Notes under the pieces: generated by a model
What the model was told of the DNA's origin: nothing
Seen by the model: only the letters and a program-made list of their open reading frames with translations
The model's database searches: none
Program-made: the position numbers and the translations under genes
Source: Paramoeba atlantica
Taxonomy: Eukaryota > Protista > Discosea
Length of the DNA stretch: 64,000 bases
Direction: 5' to 3'
Assembly (NCBI GenBank): GCA_977017575.1
Contig: CDRNVI010000029.1
Span: 868,001 to 932,000, forward strand
In this document: one piece after another, positions 42,501 through 53,273 of the stretch
Layout of the letters: every line of letters starts with the position of its first letter
How positions within the stretch are numbered: the first letter of the stretch is position 1

Positions 42501-44462
42501 TTCGTCCGTGCGCTGCAGTTCTGGGGTAGGCGTCCGACCTCCGCCCGTTGCAGGAAGTGCGCTTCACTTCCCTGAGCAGGTGCTAGTGAAGCATAAATTT
42601 TGGGTGGGGGTGTAAAAAAAATAATTGTGAGAAATAAATAATTTGCGACCGCGATTGATGCGTGATCGATAAGTCGACTCCTAAAACGTATTTTAGTGGC
42701 GGAGGTAGTTTTCAACGCTAAGCGCGCAGCATGAGTTGAAAACAACCACCATGTTTAACGAAGCCACTCAATATTAGAAATTTCCACCATGTTTACTGTA
42801 CTTTTTGGTCAAAAAAAATTAGTCATTTTTTTCGGACATTTTTCCCCAAACGGCACTATAAGTGGGGGGGTACCCCGCGGCACTATAAGTGGGGGGGGGC
42901 ACAGTAATTGTCCTTTTTGACGGAGTCTTGGGCACGAGGCGCTGCAAAGCAGCGCCGGTTTTTTTTGTATGTAAGACCATTATTGTACTACCCACCTTAC
43001 GAACACCTTATTACATCTTATGATATTTAGCTCATTTGTTACTCCTTTGCATTTATGGTTTTCGGAGATAGGGGCCAATTGCGGGCAGGTATGATGACTA
43101 GCCCTACCACCCAACCCCTTTCATCTCGCCGAAAAATGGCGCCTTCATCTGAGGGGCTGCGAGTATGATCTCGCGTGATCTCACGTGATCTCGTTTTGGA
43201 CCTCATGCGCAGCCTCTCAACTCTCCCCCTTCCGGAAAATGGCAACACCCCCGATGATTTTACTTCATCGCTCTCCCTTCCTGGAAATGGCAACCTTCAC
43301 CCTGAGCTCCATTTATCGGACACGGGAACGCCCTCGGACAAACAACGTGTTTCTGATCCTCTGGAGCGTTGAGTGACGATACCGCCTTCTGCCCTTCGGG
43401 TAGGGCCTCTACCCGAGGCCTAAAATCCTCTAGTGAGTTCCATCGTGAACACTGTTTTCTCCATTGCCCCCCACCAATAAGAGATATCATACGCAAATAA
43501 GGGTTCAACAAAAGTTGAACATACAGTTGTATATGTATGTCATTCTACAGCATCGTTAATCAATGGTTGTGTGAGAAATATTATATCAACGTTCGTACAA
43601 TATCGCAAAATAAAATAAATGGGGTCCCTTTCTATCAAAGTAGCTACAATAACGGTGGCCAAGACATAAAGCTAGAGGGAGGTTTTAACAGTAAGAGGTA
43701 ACTCTGCATGAAAAAAGTTGAAGAGAACTTTTTTGAGCACGCAGAAAATCACAAGGAAATGGTCTGGAGATCACTGCAGACCAGTGGAGATCTCTGGATT
43801 TTCACCTCTACGCACCTTCGCTTTCCCCATTACCCACTCATGAAGGACAAAGAAATATCATAGTGAGAATGAAAAAAGAAAGAAAGCAATGATTCAACTG
43901 ACTACAAGTAACTAAGACAAAGGGCTGTTACACAAAAAAAGTAAAACGATAAACTGGCACCGTTTCGCTGCGCGGTGTTTTTCTGATCGAGCGGCTTCTC
44001 TGCGAACCACTAGAGATAGCTGGAGATCACTGAAGAGCACTTTTGTGCTCCCAAAGCGGCTACTTGCAGACTCTCCAATACCACACGGGCTATATTATCG
44101 CACACCTATGGGAGAACAAGAAAATCAGGAAAGAAAATTGTTGCAACTCAGCCTGTGGGCAAGAGCAGACAACAACGAAAAAAAAGATTACAGCAAGAAT
44201 CACGCTAGAACCCTCCTCAGAGTAGCTTAGAAAAGAAAAGAAAAGAAAGAAATACAGATGAGCACATCGCTAATCCTAAAAATAGAATTACGAGCGATCT
44301 TCTAAATATTAAACACAATGAAAAGGGCGAACGAACCAAGGTACGTAGAAAAAGAATGAGCAGTATGAAAAAATTGATGAAGGAGCAACTTTCAACTACT
44401 CTTCTACAATTCATAGAATTTGTCCATCCAAATAGAGTAGTTCTGTTTATTCATAAGGCGAG

Positions 44463-44825
44463 TCAATAATTAAGTTCATACACTTGCAAATTTTTGCTTT
44501 CTTGCATGTCCGGTGAGAAAAAGAGAGAGTTGATTCTACAATCAGTTTTCAGTTCAGACGTTTCGCGTCTAGTATTAAAAGCATGCTCACTGGAAGGCAG
44601 CTCTCCAATATTATTTTTCGCATACCACTCTATTTGTGGTTTAATCTCATTCGAATGAAACGCCATGTAATTTTCAATTTCTGTACCAACATACTCGGTA
44701 AATGATGTTTCCAAGGACCACGCACACGAAAAAAGCGGATAGAAACCAGCATGATTAGACCAAGCTGAGTCGGAAGGATATGCCGATTGGTCATGTACTG
44801 GTGCCTTCTCGACACAAGGTGCCAA
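44463..44825 (-). CDS. Possible small hypothetical protein or gene remnant
   Basis: 120-aa frame with TTG start on the cluster strand; no motif. Confidence 0.25.
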   Translation of the reverse strand: MAPCVEKAPVHDQSAYPSDSAWSNHAGFYPLFSCAWSLETSFTEYVGTEIENYMAFHSNEIKPQIEWYAKNNIGELPSSEHAFNTRRETSELKTDCRINSLFFSPDMQESKNLQVYELNY

Positions 44826-44903
44826 AATTATCCTTTCACAGGGCCAAACTGTGCTTTCGTCTCCATTTTTAGCCGTTGCACGAAAATACTTGTCGGCAAA
44901 TCC

Positions 44904-45605
44904 TTACGGAAGAAACATCTTTCCAGGAGTCTGACACTTAAGTGCGTAACAAGAGGAAGCGCCGTCTCCTTTTATCGTGTGTGGTAGTGATTCAGATGAA
45001 AATTCGTCCGAACACGGAGCACTACGCATTGTACTGTTAACAGAAGGTGTAATAGTGCCGAATGCAGGCGCAGAATTCATGTTATGAGCCTCAGGCTCTG
45101 CTAAAGACATTACTTCAGGACCCTTCTCCTTGTTTTGAGCCCAGCTTGAAATGTACTCCATTGTGTGTGATGCCCTCTTACGTTCCTTCCATCGTTTGTA
45201 CGACACTTTCCGGCGTAATCCTTCCAAAACGTTTAACGGAGCAATAGAGACAGGCAACACATTTTCCGCAGAAGCAGAGTTTCGTGCTTTCCGCTCTAAA
45301 AGATCTTGATTGTATCGTGCAATTGCTTTGTCAGGGTCCCCATTCGCCAACAATTCTTCTAGCCCCGGATATTGTGCTGGGTATTTTGATCTCCTGAGCC
45401 TATGTAGATCAACGGACTCACATAATTTTCGTCGTTTTACAGTGCGCTTCTTTTCCACATTTGATTGCTCTTCGGTTCGTGCAGGCTCGCCTGATTTACC
45501 AGGAGGTCCTGTTGTCTGATACGTACCCCTATGGCATCCGTTCGGGTGATCCAATTTGTGTTTTTGTTTGGCCACAGCTCGACTTCCACCCATCCACCTC
45601 AACAT
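44904..45605 (-). CDS. Hypothetical basic, low-complexity protein
   Basis: 233-aa ATG-started ORF on the cluster strand; no motif. Confidence 0.45.
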   Translation of the reverse strand: MLRWMGGSRAVAKQKHKLDHPNGCHRGTYQTTGPPGKSGEPARTEEQSNVEKKRTVKRRKLCESVDLHRLRRSKYPAQYPGLEELLANGDPDKAIARYNQDLLERKARNSASAENVLPVSIAPLNVLEGLRRKVSYKRWKERKRASHTMEYISSWAQNKEKGPEVMSLAEPEAHNMNSAPAFGTITPSVNSTMRSAPCSDEFSSESLPHTIKGDGASSCYALKCQTPGKMFLP

Positions 45606-46027
45606 TCTCTTTTAAAATATGTACTTTCTTAATTGCAGTTCATGAACCACAATGAGCGTAACAGTCATCAAAACATAAAATAGACATCAAATGTGTGGGA
45701 GGCTACTTTGTCTACCCCCAGTTTCTTAATAGAAGTCGAAAAGTTATATTTTAAAATTTCTTTAAGTACTTATGGACATACGGATTACGTTCAATCTCCT
45801 GCATGGGAGATTCAGACCCGTATCATGAGGCTTCCGCCTCCATAATGTGTTTTACTTTAACCGACTTCGCAAGAAAGATGTAATAAAACAATGTCAAAGT
45901 AACTAAACATTGAGCATTGTACCGTTTAGTCACCTATTTACTTCGCCTATCTCAATCAATGTTTTTGTAGCTTGGGAGACACCCTGTTTGCAGAGCTTGT
46001 TTTTGGCGTTGTAACTTCCTTGTTATT

Positions 46028-47647
46028 CTATATGCTTCTATTTGTTGCCCGCGTGTTTAGCAAAACGTGTTGCTGTTCAAGATGGTCAAGTTGCTCGTAT
46101 AAAGTTGTGAGATCATGGTGTGTTTCCCAATGACGCGACCAGTGATCACGCTGTTTTTTACCAAAAGCAAGTGAAGAAAAGTTTTGCGAGATGGAATCTA
46201 CTTTCACCCGTTCACCATGTATGTTCGACTCGCTACGTTGTTCGAGAACCTTTATGGATTCAGAAATAGAACCAATTTTCCCGATTAGTTGAAATGCCGT
46301 GAGCTCTCGCTCCCTATGGGAAGTGAGTGAGGCCGTCATTGGATTCTTTGTTATGTGGGTTGCAATGGATTCACCTTGGACCAAATGTCGTAATGCCGTA
46401 CAAATGGGAATGCGATTATCCTTATCTAGTGAGTGACTTTCTAACAGAGCCTTGCTACCAGAATCAATACCAAGATCAGACACTGCACTACAGTTATTGG
46501 ACGGAGATTGCTCCTTTCGTCGCTTTTCACGTTGCTGAAGAGCAGCGATCTTGTGTTGTTCTATAACATGAGCTCGTTCGCGTTTTTCCCTCTCTTGGGC
46601 TTGCGATAGAACTGTAGACCTAAGTTGCGTCAAAAGGGAAAGGCAAAACTGAGGTGAGCAAAGATCGGATACTGGTCCTGGATTCTTAATTATTAGATAG
46701 GTTTCATCAAAATCCCGCTTATACTGCGTGAAGCCAGAAAAAATAAGAAGTTCTGGACCTCCTTTGCGATCCCACACGTTGGTGCGAAAGGCTCGAGTGC
46801 TTAGTGGAATTCGAGAACAAGAGTTTTCAGCCAATTGCTTTAACGTTCTCTCGAAGCATCGAAAAAAAGAATCCAGGGTGGCATACTCTTCATCTTCCCA
46901 AATCTCACAAATAAATTTTGTTACGATTTTCTCAAATTCAGGTTCTTCAATATGTGGCTTTCGCAATACTGAATTCAACTGCAGACCATGACGAACATTC
47001 TTCAGTGCCGTTTGTAGCCGAAGTTCATCGCGCAATTGACGATCGGAGGAATCGTAAGTGTTCAATACAGATGCAGGTACGGTTCCACCACTCCATAGTT
47101 CAGTGTCAGAAAGTTTCTTCACCAGAAACGTTTCGTAACGTTTCACGTCAGAGAGGGCGTCGTAAATGCACATATGCTGCGTATCAAGAGAATACGACCA
47201 CAATTCTCCGCTTTGTTCGAATTCTACCGAAGCAATCTCTGACGATTCAAAACCTATACTTGAGAGGTACTCCCCTATTCTCGGAATGGTAAAGATATCT
47301 CTGCGTAGAATAGCGTTCGTGCTTTTCAGCTGGCGGACGCGCTCGAACATTCGAGAATCCGCCGCTTCCGTGCTCCTGCAAGGATAATTCACAATGTTTT
47401 CTAGAATCCGTCGAAGAATTTGTGTTGCTCGCAACCTGAATTCTGCAGTGTGTTGTCTGTCGAAGATAGTTTCCCATTTCACAGTAGGTTTTACAAGAAC
47501 CTTACCTTCTTGAGAAGCTAACGTTGAAGCTCTTACTGAGTTCGTATCATTTAAGAGTATAGATTTCGCCTTAGTAAACTCTTCAGGGGTGAGAATGCCA
47601 GCCTCTTTCTGCTCCCACAGGAGACGAATATTTTCTGCAAGATTCAT
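46028..47647 (-). CDS. SHOCT - PUB - PUB - coiled-coil protein
   Basis: N-terminal IRLLWEQKEAGILTPEEFTKAKSILL (SHOCT-like). Two PUB-like segments: ILRRILENIVNYP...GEYLSSIGF and SRIPLSTRAFRTNVWDRKGGPELLIFSGF. Confidence 0.7.
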   Translation of the reverse strand: MNLAENIRLLWEQKEAGILTPEEFTKAKSILLNDTNSVRASTLASQEGKVLVKPTVKWETIFDRQHTAEFRLRATQILRRILENIVNYPCRSTEAADSRMFERVRQLKSTNAILRRDIFTIPRIGEYLSSIGFESSEIASVEFEQSGELWSYSLDTQHMCIYDALSDVKRYETFLVKKLSDTELWSGGTVPASVLNTYDSSDRQLRDELRLQTALKNVRHGLQLNSVLRKPHIEEPEFEKIVTKFICEIWEDEEYATLDSFFRCFERTLKQLAENSCSRIPLSTRAFRTNVWDRKGGPELLIFSGFTQYKRDFDETYLIIKNPGPVSDLCSPQFCLSLLTQLRSTVLSQAQEREKRERAHVIEQHKIAALQQREKRRKEQSPSNNCSAVSDLGIDSGSKALLESHSLDKDNRIPICTALRHLVQGESIATHITKNPMTASLTSHRERELTAFQLIGKIGSISESIKVLEQRSESNIHGERVKVDSISQNFSSLAFGKKQRDHWSRHWETHHDLTTLYEQLDHLEQQHVLLNTRATNRSI

Positions 47648-47820
47648 CCTAGAGTTGCAAATACACAGAGTACAATATACAGTAGAAACCGTACCATACT
47701 AAGCTTGGTATTTTTCGTTTAGTTTGCATAATTGAATTTACAATTTATATTGTTTAGATCAAGAAAAGAAACGAACGTTGATGTAAATGTACTACTCATA
47801 TTCGAGTGTTATCCTATAGT

Positions 47821-49218
47821 TTATCCAATCACATTAGCGACAATGAAGCAAACACACGTCAGACAAGCAAAGGCAAGCTCAATCCATAATCCATAAACAA
47901 AAAGTAGATGAACGGGGAATCCAAAGAAAGCCGCGTATCCTATATTGACGCTCATTGAAAGCCATGTCCCAAGAATTTCCGGTTTCAATTCCGGTGCTAA
48001 TTGCAGTCCGTAGAACGATATACCTGTAATCAAAAACCCTGTTCCAAGCCCAACAACGGATACAAGGGAAGCGAACGTCAGCTTAATGCCTAAAAGGCTG
48101 TCCAATCTTGTCTCTGAAATGTGTGAGATACTTGCTGTAGCAAGAAGTGCGACAAAATTTATGGAAAGAACAGCAAACAAGCACTTAAAAACGTTTTCGC
48201 GAAGAAATCCGATTCGTGAAGAAAGCCCAAAAACTATATTTCCCAGAAGGTGGGCGAAACAATATGCGATTCCTATCCATCCTAAATCGGTGGAAGAGAA
48301 TTTTTCGTGTAAGACAACTTGCAGGAAATTAGCGAGCGCAGAGCACAATCCGCAATGCAGACCAACAGTGGGAACTAGTAAATAGAAATTCAAAGGTCTT
48401 TTGACAGGAAAAAGTCTTCGTAAAAATGCAAGTTCTCGAGCGCGGGTAGTCGAAGGTTCGTGTTCGGTTCTTTCAGCAACGACCTGCAGTCGACTGTATA
48501 CGATTTTATTTTTCTGATCAATTTCCGGGCTACTATTCTCGTGATCAAACTGGTTTCGTTTACCTTCTACGGACAACGCGTTGCGTGCACCAAAAAGCTG
48601 CGCCTTCCTTTTTCCGTAATTCGGGCAATAAAGAATGCAGGCTAATGCTCCAATCCAAGAAGAGCCCGCCCTGAAATACAAAATTCGTGGGAAATGCGCT
48701 GGCGTAGAAGCTAGAAAGGGACCAACAAGTATCCACAGAGCTGTACCCAAGACATTGGCACCCATAGAAAGGCTTAGAGGGGGTCCACGTGTATCCTCTG
48801 AAAACCATTCGGACACAAGTAATGGTGGAAGTGACATAACCGGTGCCGAAAGCAGTGCGTTGAATCCAAGAGAGAGAAATAAAATCGGGAATACCCAATA
48901 AGAATCTTTTAAGTATGAAGATGGTAGCCCACAAAGAATTGTACTAGAGAAAGCAACTATGAGGTGCGCGAGTCGAATATTAAATGCTTGTAATAACTGC
49001 ATCTGTTTTTGGCTTTGATGCAGTAGGACGATAGATCCCATAAAGTAACCTATAGGACCTAGAAAAAGGGTCCACCGAATAATGTCTGGAGTAACCGATG
49101 GCAGGGCTCCCGTGACTACATCAGGATTCACGCAGCAAAAAGTGCACCATAATGCGCTATGGTTGAAAGATAATAATCCGAACAGGGAGGTCACGTACCA
49201 GGCTCTTGAAATTGTCAT
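47821..49218 (-). CDS. Major facilitator superfamily transporter (FLVCR-like)
   Basis: 465 aa, about 12 hydrophobic helices; PPLLVSEWFSEDTRG...SMGANVLGTA motif. Confidence 0.8.
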   Translation of the reverse strand: MTISRAWYVTSLFGLLSFNHSALWCTFCCVNPDVVTGALPSVTPDIIRWTLFLGPIGYFMGSIVLLHQSQKQMQLLQAFNIRLAHLIVAFSSTILCGLPSSYLKDSYWVFPILFLSLGFNALLSAPVMSLPPLLVSEWFSEDTRGPPLSLSMGANVLGTALWILVGPFLASTPAHFPRILYFRAGSSWIGALACILYCPNYGKRKAQLFGARNALSVEGKRNQFDHENSSPEIDQKNKIVYSRLQVVAERTEHEPSTTRARELAFLRRLFPVKRPLNFYLLVPTVGLHCGLCSALANFLQVVLHEKFSSTDLGWIGIAYCFAHLLGNIVFGLSSRIGFLRENVFKCLFAVLSINFVALLATASISHISETRLDSLLGIKLTFASLVSVVGLGTGFLITGISFYGLQLAPELKPEILGTWLSMSVNIGYAAFFGFPVHLLFVYGLWIELAFACLTCVCFIVANVIG

Positions 49219-49603
49219 GCAGCTCGAGATGGAAAGTCGTCTATTTCTTTATTCTTGGCATTCACACTCTTCTGTATCCTAGAGTTCATCTGCTAAAAGC
49301 ACGATCGCCCACTAAGTTCAATTCAGTGTGTGCGAAAGACCATTTGGGTACCAACATAAAAAACGCTATTAGGTAAAATTAAAATCAGGCTCACCGGAGC
49401 ATAAACCATGTACACGAATCTAATCGTCACGCCACGTACATATTCGAATACATGTATGTTTGAATTTTCCTCTTGATCACTTTCGAAAATATTCCACTAA
49501 CGAACCATTAAATACTTTGTTAAAGAGCTAGTTTAAAGAGGTAGTGGGGTGTATTACACACACCACCCCAATCCCCTCTTTCCTCCCTATTCACATCCCT
49601 GAA

Positions 49604-51319
49604 CTAATCTCCCGCTTCACTGGAGCTCACCCGCATCCCACTGCTCGCGCGTATCTCCCTCTCCGTATGCAGTAACGTAATATTACGCAACAACGGGGCG
49701 GGACCCGGGCACGTGGCAACCGTCACCACCCCCGGCGGGGAGGGCGCGACATCACACCCCCCCACCGTAGCACAGCCTCCCCTCTCCACGTAGTCCCGCA
49801 CAAACCTCTGATGGTCCCTCCGCTGCGCCTGCACCACCGGAACCAGATTCGCCACCCTCCTCCCCTCCCGACTCCGTTTTCCAAAACGGTCCTCTCTCCC
49901 CCCCACCCCTCCATAACCCCGTACGCCGCCCCCCTCCCTTGCCCCCCCCGCCGTCCCCCCCCTCCCCACCACCCCCACCACCTGCGCATTCGTCATGCGC
50001 TCACACCCCCTCACATCCACCTCCGGGAGCCCCCCCCGCACCAGCCCCTCCAGCCCCCTTGCCGTTACGTTCGGGCACCCCACACAGGAGACCCTACGAA
50101 GGGCACGTCGTACCGTCCCGTGGGGCTCCACGAGACGCCCCACCACGTCATCGTGGACCCGGGTGCCATCGAGGGTGAGCTCCACGAGGGTGGGGAGACA
50201 GCCCGCCCGGAGCAGCCGCGCAAACGAGCCCGGGGGGATGGCCTTGCAGCCGGAGAGGGAGAGCGCGGTGAGGGCGGGGGGGAGGTACCGGAGGGACTGG
50301 TCCGTGAGGGACTCACAGTGGGTGAGGGTGAGCCGGTGGAGGGCGTGGAGCGCGGGGAGGGGGAGCATGCCGTGGGTGGTGAGTTGGAGCCACCAGGAGA
50401 GATCGAGGGCGTGGAGGGAGGCGGGGAGGGTGGGGGTGCGGGAGAGGAAGGTGTGGAGGGCGTTGTTGGTGAGTTCCGGGAGCGCGGCGAGGGAGAGGGC
50501 GGTGAGGTGGGGGAGGGTGGGGCAGAAGTGGAGGAGGAAGGCGTCGGTGAGTTTGTGGCAGCCGGAGACGTCGAGGGTGCGGAGGTGGTGCCCGGGGCGG
50601 GGGGTGGAGGGGGGGAGAAGGGGGGAGCAGCAGGGGGGTGGGGGAGGGAGAAAGGCGTTGTCGGAGAGAGACTCGCATCGAGCGAGTTTGAGTGAGGTGA
50701 GGTGTGGGCTGTGGTGAAGGATGTGTTGTATCCATGTGTCGCGTATTTCAAGACAGTAGGAAAAGTCCACACAGGTTAAGTAGCATGACCATCTTAGGTG
50801 TGAGTTAAAGGGACAGAATGATAAGCTTGGATTCGATTCAATAGGGGTAGTCATAAAACCACCTTTTGAGAGAACAGGGTTGTGTGTAATATTTAGATGT
50901 TTAAGATTAGGGCATATATTTAGCAAAGTAAGCATCGCATCGTCCTCCATCACATCGTCAACGTAAAGTACAGTTCGAGTAGATAATTCGTTGAAGCAAG
51001 TATTTCCTTCCTTTGATGACTCGATGTAACTTGCTATTTGCGTTGCGATTTGATCACCAGTTGTTTGATCACTGATTCGTACGGATGAAGCTTGAGGAAT
51101 TCGAATCGAAGACATATGCTGCAGAAGACCATCAGCAAGTCTACGTAGCAGGAATGCCGTAGATTGAGCTTCTGAGGGAGAGACCTTCAAGTCTTCGGTG
51201 CCATTATTCGCTGAACAAGCATATTCGCTTTTCAGTCCTTGAATCCTTACGTGCGCAGCTTCGTATGATAAACTGCGTATTTCTACGGCATCTAAGGAGC
51301 AAAATGCATGCTCATCCAT
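49604..51319 (-). CDS. Leucine-rich repeat protein (FBXL/AMN1-type Cys-containing LRRs)
   Basis: Repeats LKHLNI, LTSLKLARCESLSD, LRTLDVSGCHKLTD, LHALDLSWWLQLT, LTALSLSGCKAI. Confidence 0.85.
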   Translation of the reverse strand: MDEHAFCSLDAVEIRSLSYEAAHVRIQGLKSEYACSANNGTEDLKVSPSEAQSTAFLLRRLADGLLQHMSSIRIPQASSVRISDQTTGDQIATQIASYIESSKEGNTCFNELSTRTVLYVDDVMEDDAMLTLLNICPNLKHLNITHNPVLSKGGFMTTPIESNPSLSFCPFNSHLRWSCYLTCVDFSYCLEIRDTWIQHILHHSPHLTSLKLARCESLSDNAFLPPPPPCCSPLLPPSTPRPGHHLRTLDVSGCHKLTDAFLLHFCPTLPHLTALSLAALPELTNNALHTFLSRTPTLPASLHALDLSWWLQLTTHGMLPLPALHALHRLTLTHCESLTDQSLRYLPPALTALSLSGCKAIPPGSFARLLRAGCLPTLVELTLDGTRVHDDVVGRLVEPHGTVRRALRRVSCVGCPNVTARGLEGLVRGGLPEVDVRGCERMTNAQVVGVVGRGGTAGGAREGGGVRGYGGVGGREDRFGKRSREGRRVANLVPVVQAQRRDHQRFVRDYVERGGCATVGGCDVAPSPPGVVTVATCPGPAPLLRNITLLHTEREIRASSGMRVSSSEAGD

Positions 51320-51714
51320 CCTCAGAAAAAGATGAAAAGCATTTACTGTGTCTAGAAGAGTAAAGTTTCAAGAATTTATACAAGAAAAATATTAGATGAA
51401 ATAGATCATTCACAACAATGTACCTCGAGCCTAAGAGGGTTCTACGCTTCGAATTGAGATTGACAAAAGTACGACCGATTTTGAAGAACCATGTGATACA
51501 TGTTTTGTACGTTGCATAGTAGTTCTATACATTGTATAGTACATGGGGGGGGTTACGGGTAGTGAGGTTTCAGCATAGAAAAAAGAATAAACTTTATTTG
51601 AGCCATAACGATGAAATTTCTTACATTTTTCTGACAGGCAACGAGCGACTATGCTACAGGATCTGTGTCGCTCGGAAAGTGTACCCCGGGACAATATAAA
51701 TTATCCTGGTTGTA

Positions 51715-52968
51715 TTACATCACTTTGATCTCTTTAGGTAACACAAGGCGTTCAGTAAGTATGCGATTGACATTGAGTCGAATAAGCGATTCTAGTTTTT
51801 CTTTACTGACTTCCCATTGTTTACCACCAACATTTGACTGTAGAGAGAAGTCCCATATCGGGGTGGAGAGAAGTGAAAGATAAATTTCTGTAGTTGTGCG
51901 TGATGTTTCCTCTTTGGGAACCCTATTTTTAGAAGACTGATTCCCATCTGTAGATGTCGAGTCTTGTTTTCTGTGCTTCCTCCAGAACCGCGTCTTTGGC
52001 ATTGCTCTTTTAGGATTCCTCAGAGGGTCCGACGAGAGACGCTCGTCGTTCATTTGGTTACGATTACTTCGATCAAGGGCTGTGTAAATGCTAAAACGAA
52101 GAGCACCAAAGAACCTTAGTTCGGTAACACGAAACCGTACAGGTAGCAAGACAAGTCCAGAGACGTTAGTGGGAATAGCTACCTTTGCATGCCCTGCAAT
52201 GGCAAAAGTTCCATCACTCTCAAAGAGGACTTCTAAATCCATTGATCGCTCCAGTGTTCTCTGTGTATGACTTGTATCCATTTCGGAATCAGCAGTCATG
52301 AACGGACCTTCCTTTGCAGAACTGTTGGAAAGATCTTCCGTAGAATCATCCATAGCACCAAGAAGGTGAGAGTCGGTCAGTTTGGAATTATTCTGCGATG
52401 ATCTACACGTAGAAATGTCTTCAATGCGCGGGATGCATTTTCCTAGCTTAATTTCGTCGAACATAACTTCCAAGACTTCCTGAGTGTCACGGCCCTTTCG
52501 GGACACATTTTCTGTTTTAGTACCATTGTTTTGAGCAGCCATCACAGAGTTTGCAAGTTGAAGAAGCTGATTTTCCGACGCAACGCAGAGCACGTTGTGT
52601 ACGTAATATGACAGAAGATCGTTCAACCAGCGAGTCGTACTGTGCTCCGTTATAGGATCAAAATCTTTAGAAAACAAAAACAACGGAAACATTGAACCTA
52701 AGTTTAAGGCGTTATGCCGGCTAGCTAACCTCTTACTTAGTAGCGAAGTGCGGGAAATTTCAATTTGCTCTGATCCTTGCTTGACACGATTCGTTTTTTC
52801 ACCCCTCGCGCTCTTTTTCTCAATGGAAGTTGTTTGTTCACTTTGTAGCAATAAACTAGAAACTAGACCGGTTACAACAACTGCGGTTACAACAACTGAA
52901 AGAGATGTTGCAATAAGGTAACCCATGTAGGGCGATGTAGAGCGAAAAAGCTGCCATATCAAATGCAT
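51715..52968 (-). CDS. SMP-domain lipid-transfer protein, MMM1/TEX2/PDZD8-like
   Basis: N-terminal TM helix; HSTTRWLNDLL, EIKLGKCIPRI, LPVRFRVTELRFFG, DFSLQSNVGG, LIRLNVNRILTERLVLP. Confidence 0.7.
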   Translation of the reverse strand: MHLIWQLFRSTSPYMGYLIATSLSVVVTAVVVTGLVSSLLLQSEQTTSIEKKSARGEKTNRVKQGSEQIEISRTSLLSKRLASRHNALNLGSMFPLFLFSKDFDPITEHSTTRWLNDLLSYYVHNVLCVASENQLLQLANSVMAAQNNGTKTENVSRKGRDTQEVLEVMFDEIKLGKCIPRIEDISTCRSSQNNSKLTDSHLLGAMDDSTEDLSNSSAKEGPFMTADSEMDTSHTQRTLERSMDLEVLFESDGTFAIAGHAKVAIPTNVSGLVLLPVRFRVTELRFFGALRFSIYTALDRSNRNQMNDERLSSDPLRNPKRAMPKTRFWRKHRKQDSTSTDGNQSSKNRVPKEETSRTTTEIYLSLLSTPIWDFSLQSNVGGKQWEVSKEKLESLIRLNVNRILTERLVLPKEIKVM

Positions 52969-53273
52969 TTCTTATTTAACTTGAGTATCTTCGATTCAAA
53001 ACTATAGCACATGTTCTCTGAAATTCCTGTTTTTATAAATAACCAAATAAAAATAACTGCAAATAAACAAGTAGAGCTTGTAAAATACTGTTTGTACAAT
53101 GAATGCTTAGTACAACAAATAGGTAAATCAAGATATTTTTTTGGCAACGGAAAATGATCGAAACAAGGGCGCGATCAGATCTCCATATTTAACCGGCAAG
53201 CATAACCAAAAAAACGAGTTCGATGAAGAGACATTGATGAACATTTCACAATCAAATCGTTGTCCCTGTTTTC

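Larger units (their letters stand above)
26509..42904. mobile_element. 16.4-kb TA-flanked TIR element (Tc1/mariner-IS630-like ends), no own transposase seen, carrying nested elements
   Basis: Perfect 30-bp TIR CTGTGCCCCCCCCCACTTATAGTGCCGCGG at 26509-26538 and its reverse complement at 42875-42904. TA at 26507-26508 and 42905-42906. Subterminal CACTWTAAGTGGGGGGG repeats. Confidence 0.8.

Noticed and set aside
43020-43520. GC-richer patch with short internal duplications (CTCTCCC(C)TTCC.GAAA.TGGCAAC; TCGCGTGATC/TCACGTGATC)
   Set aside because: Probably a TE remnant, but multiple stops and no termini or diagnostic motif.
49723-50772. Long alternative-frame ORFs (e.g. 49811-50695 +, 49995-50717 +, 50065-50772 -)
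   Set aside because: By-products of stop-poor, G/C-skewed sequence overlapping the LRR gene; low-complexity translations.
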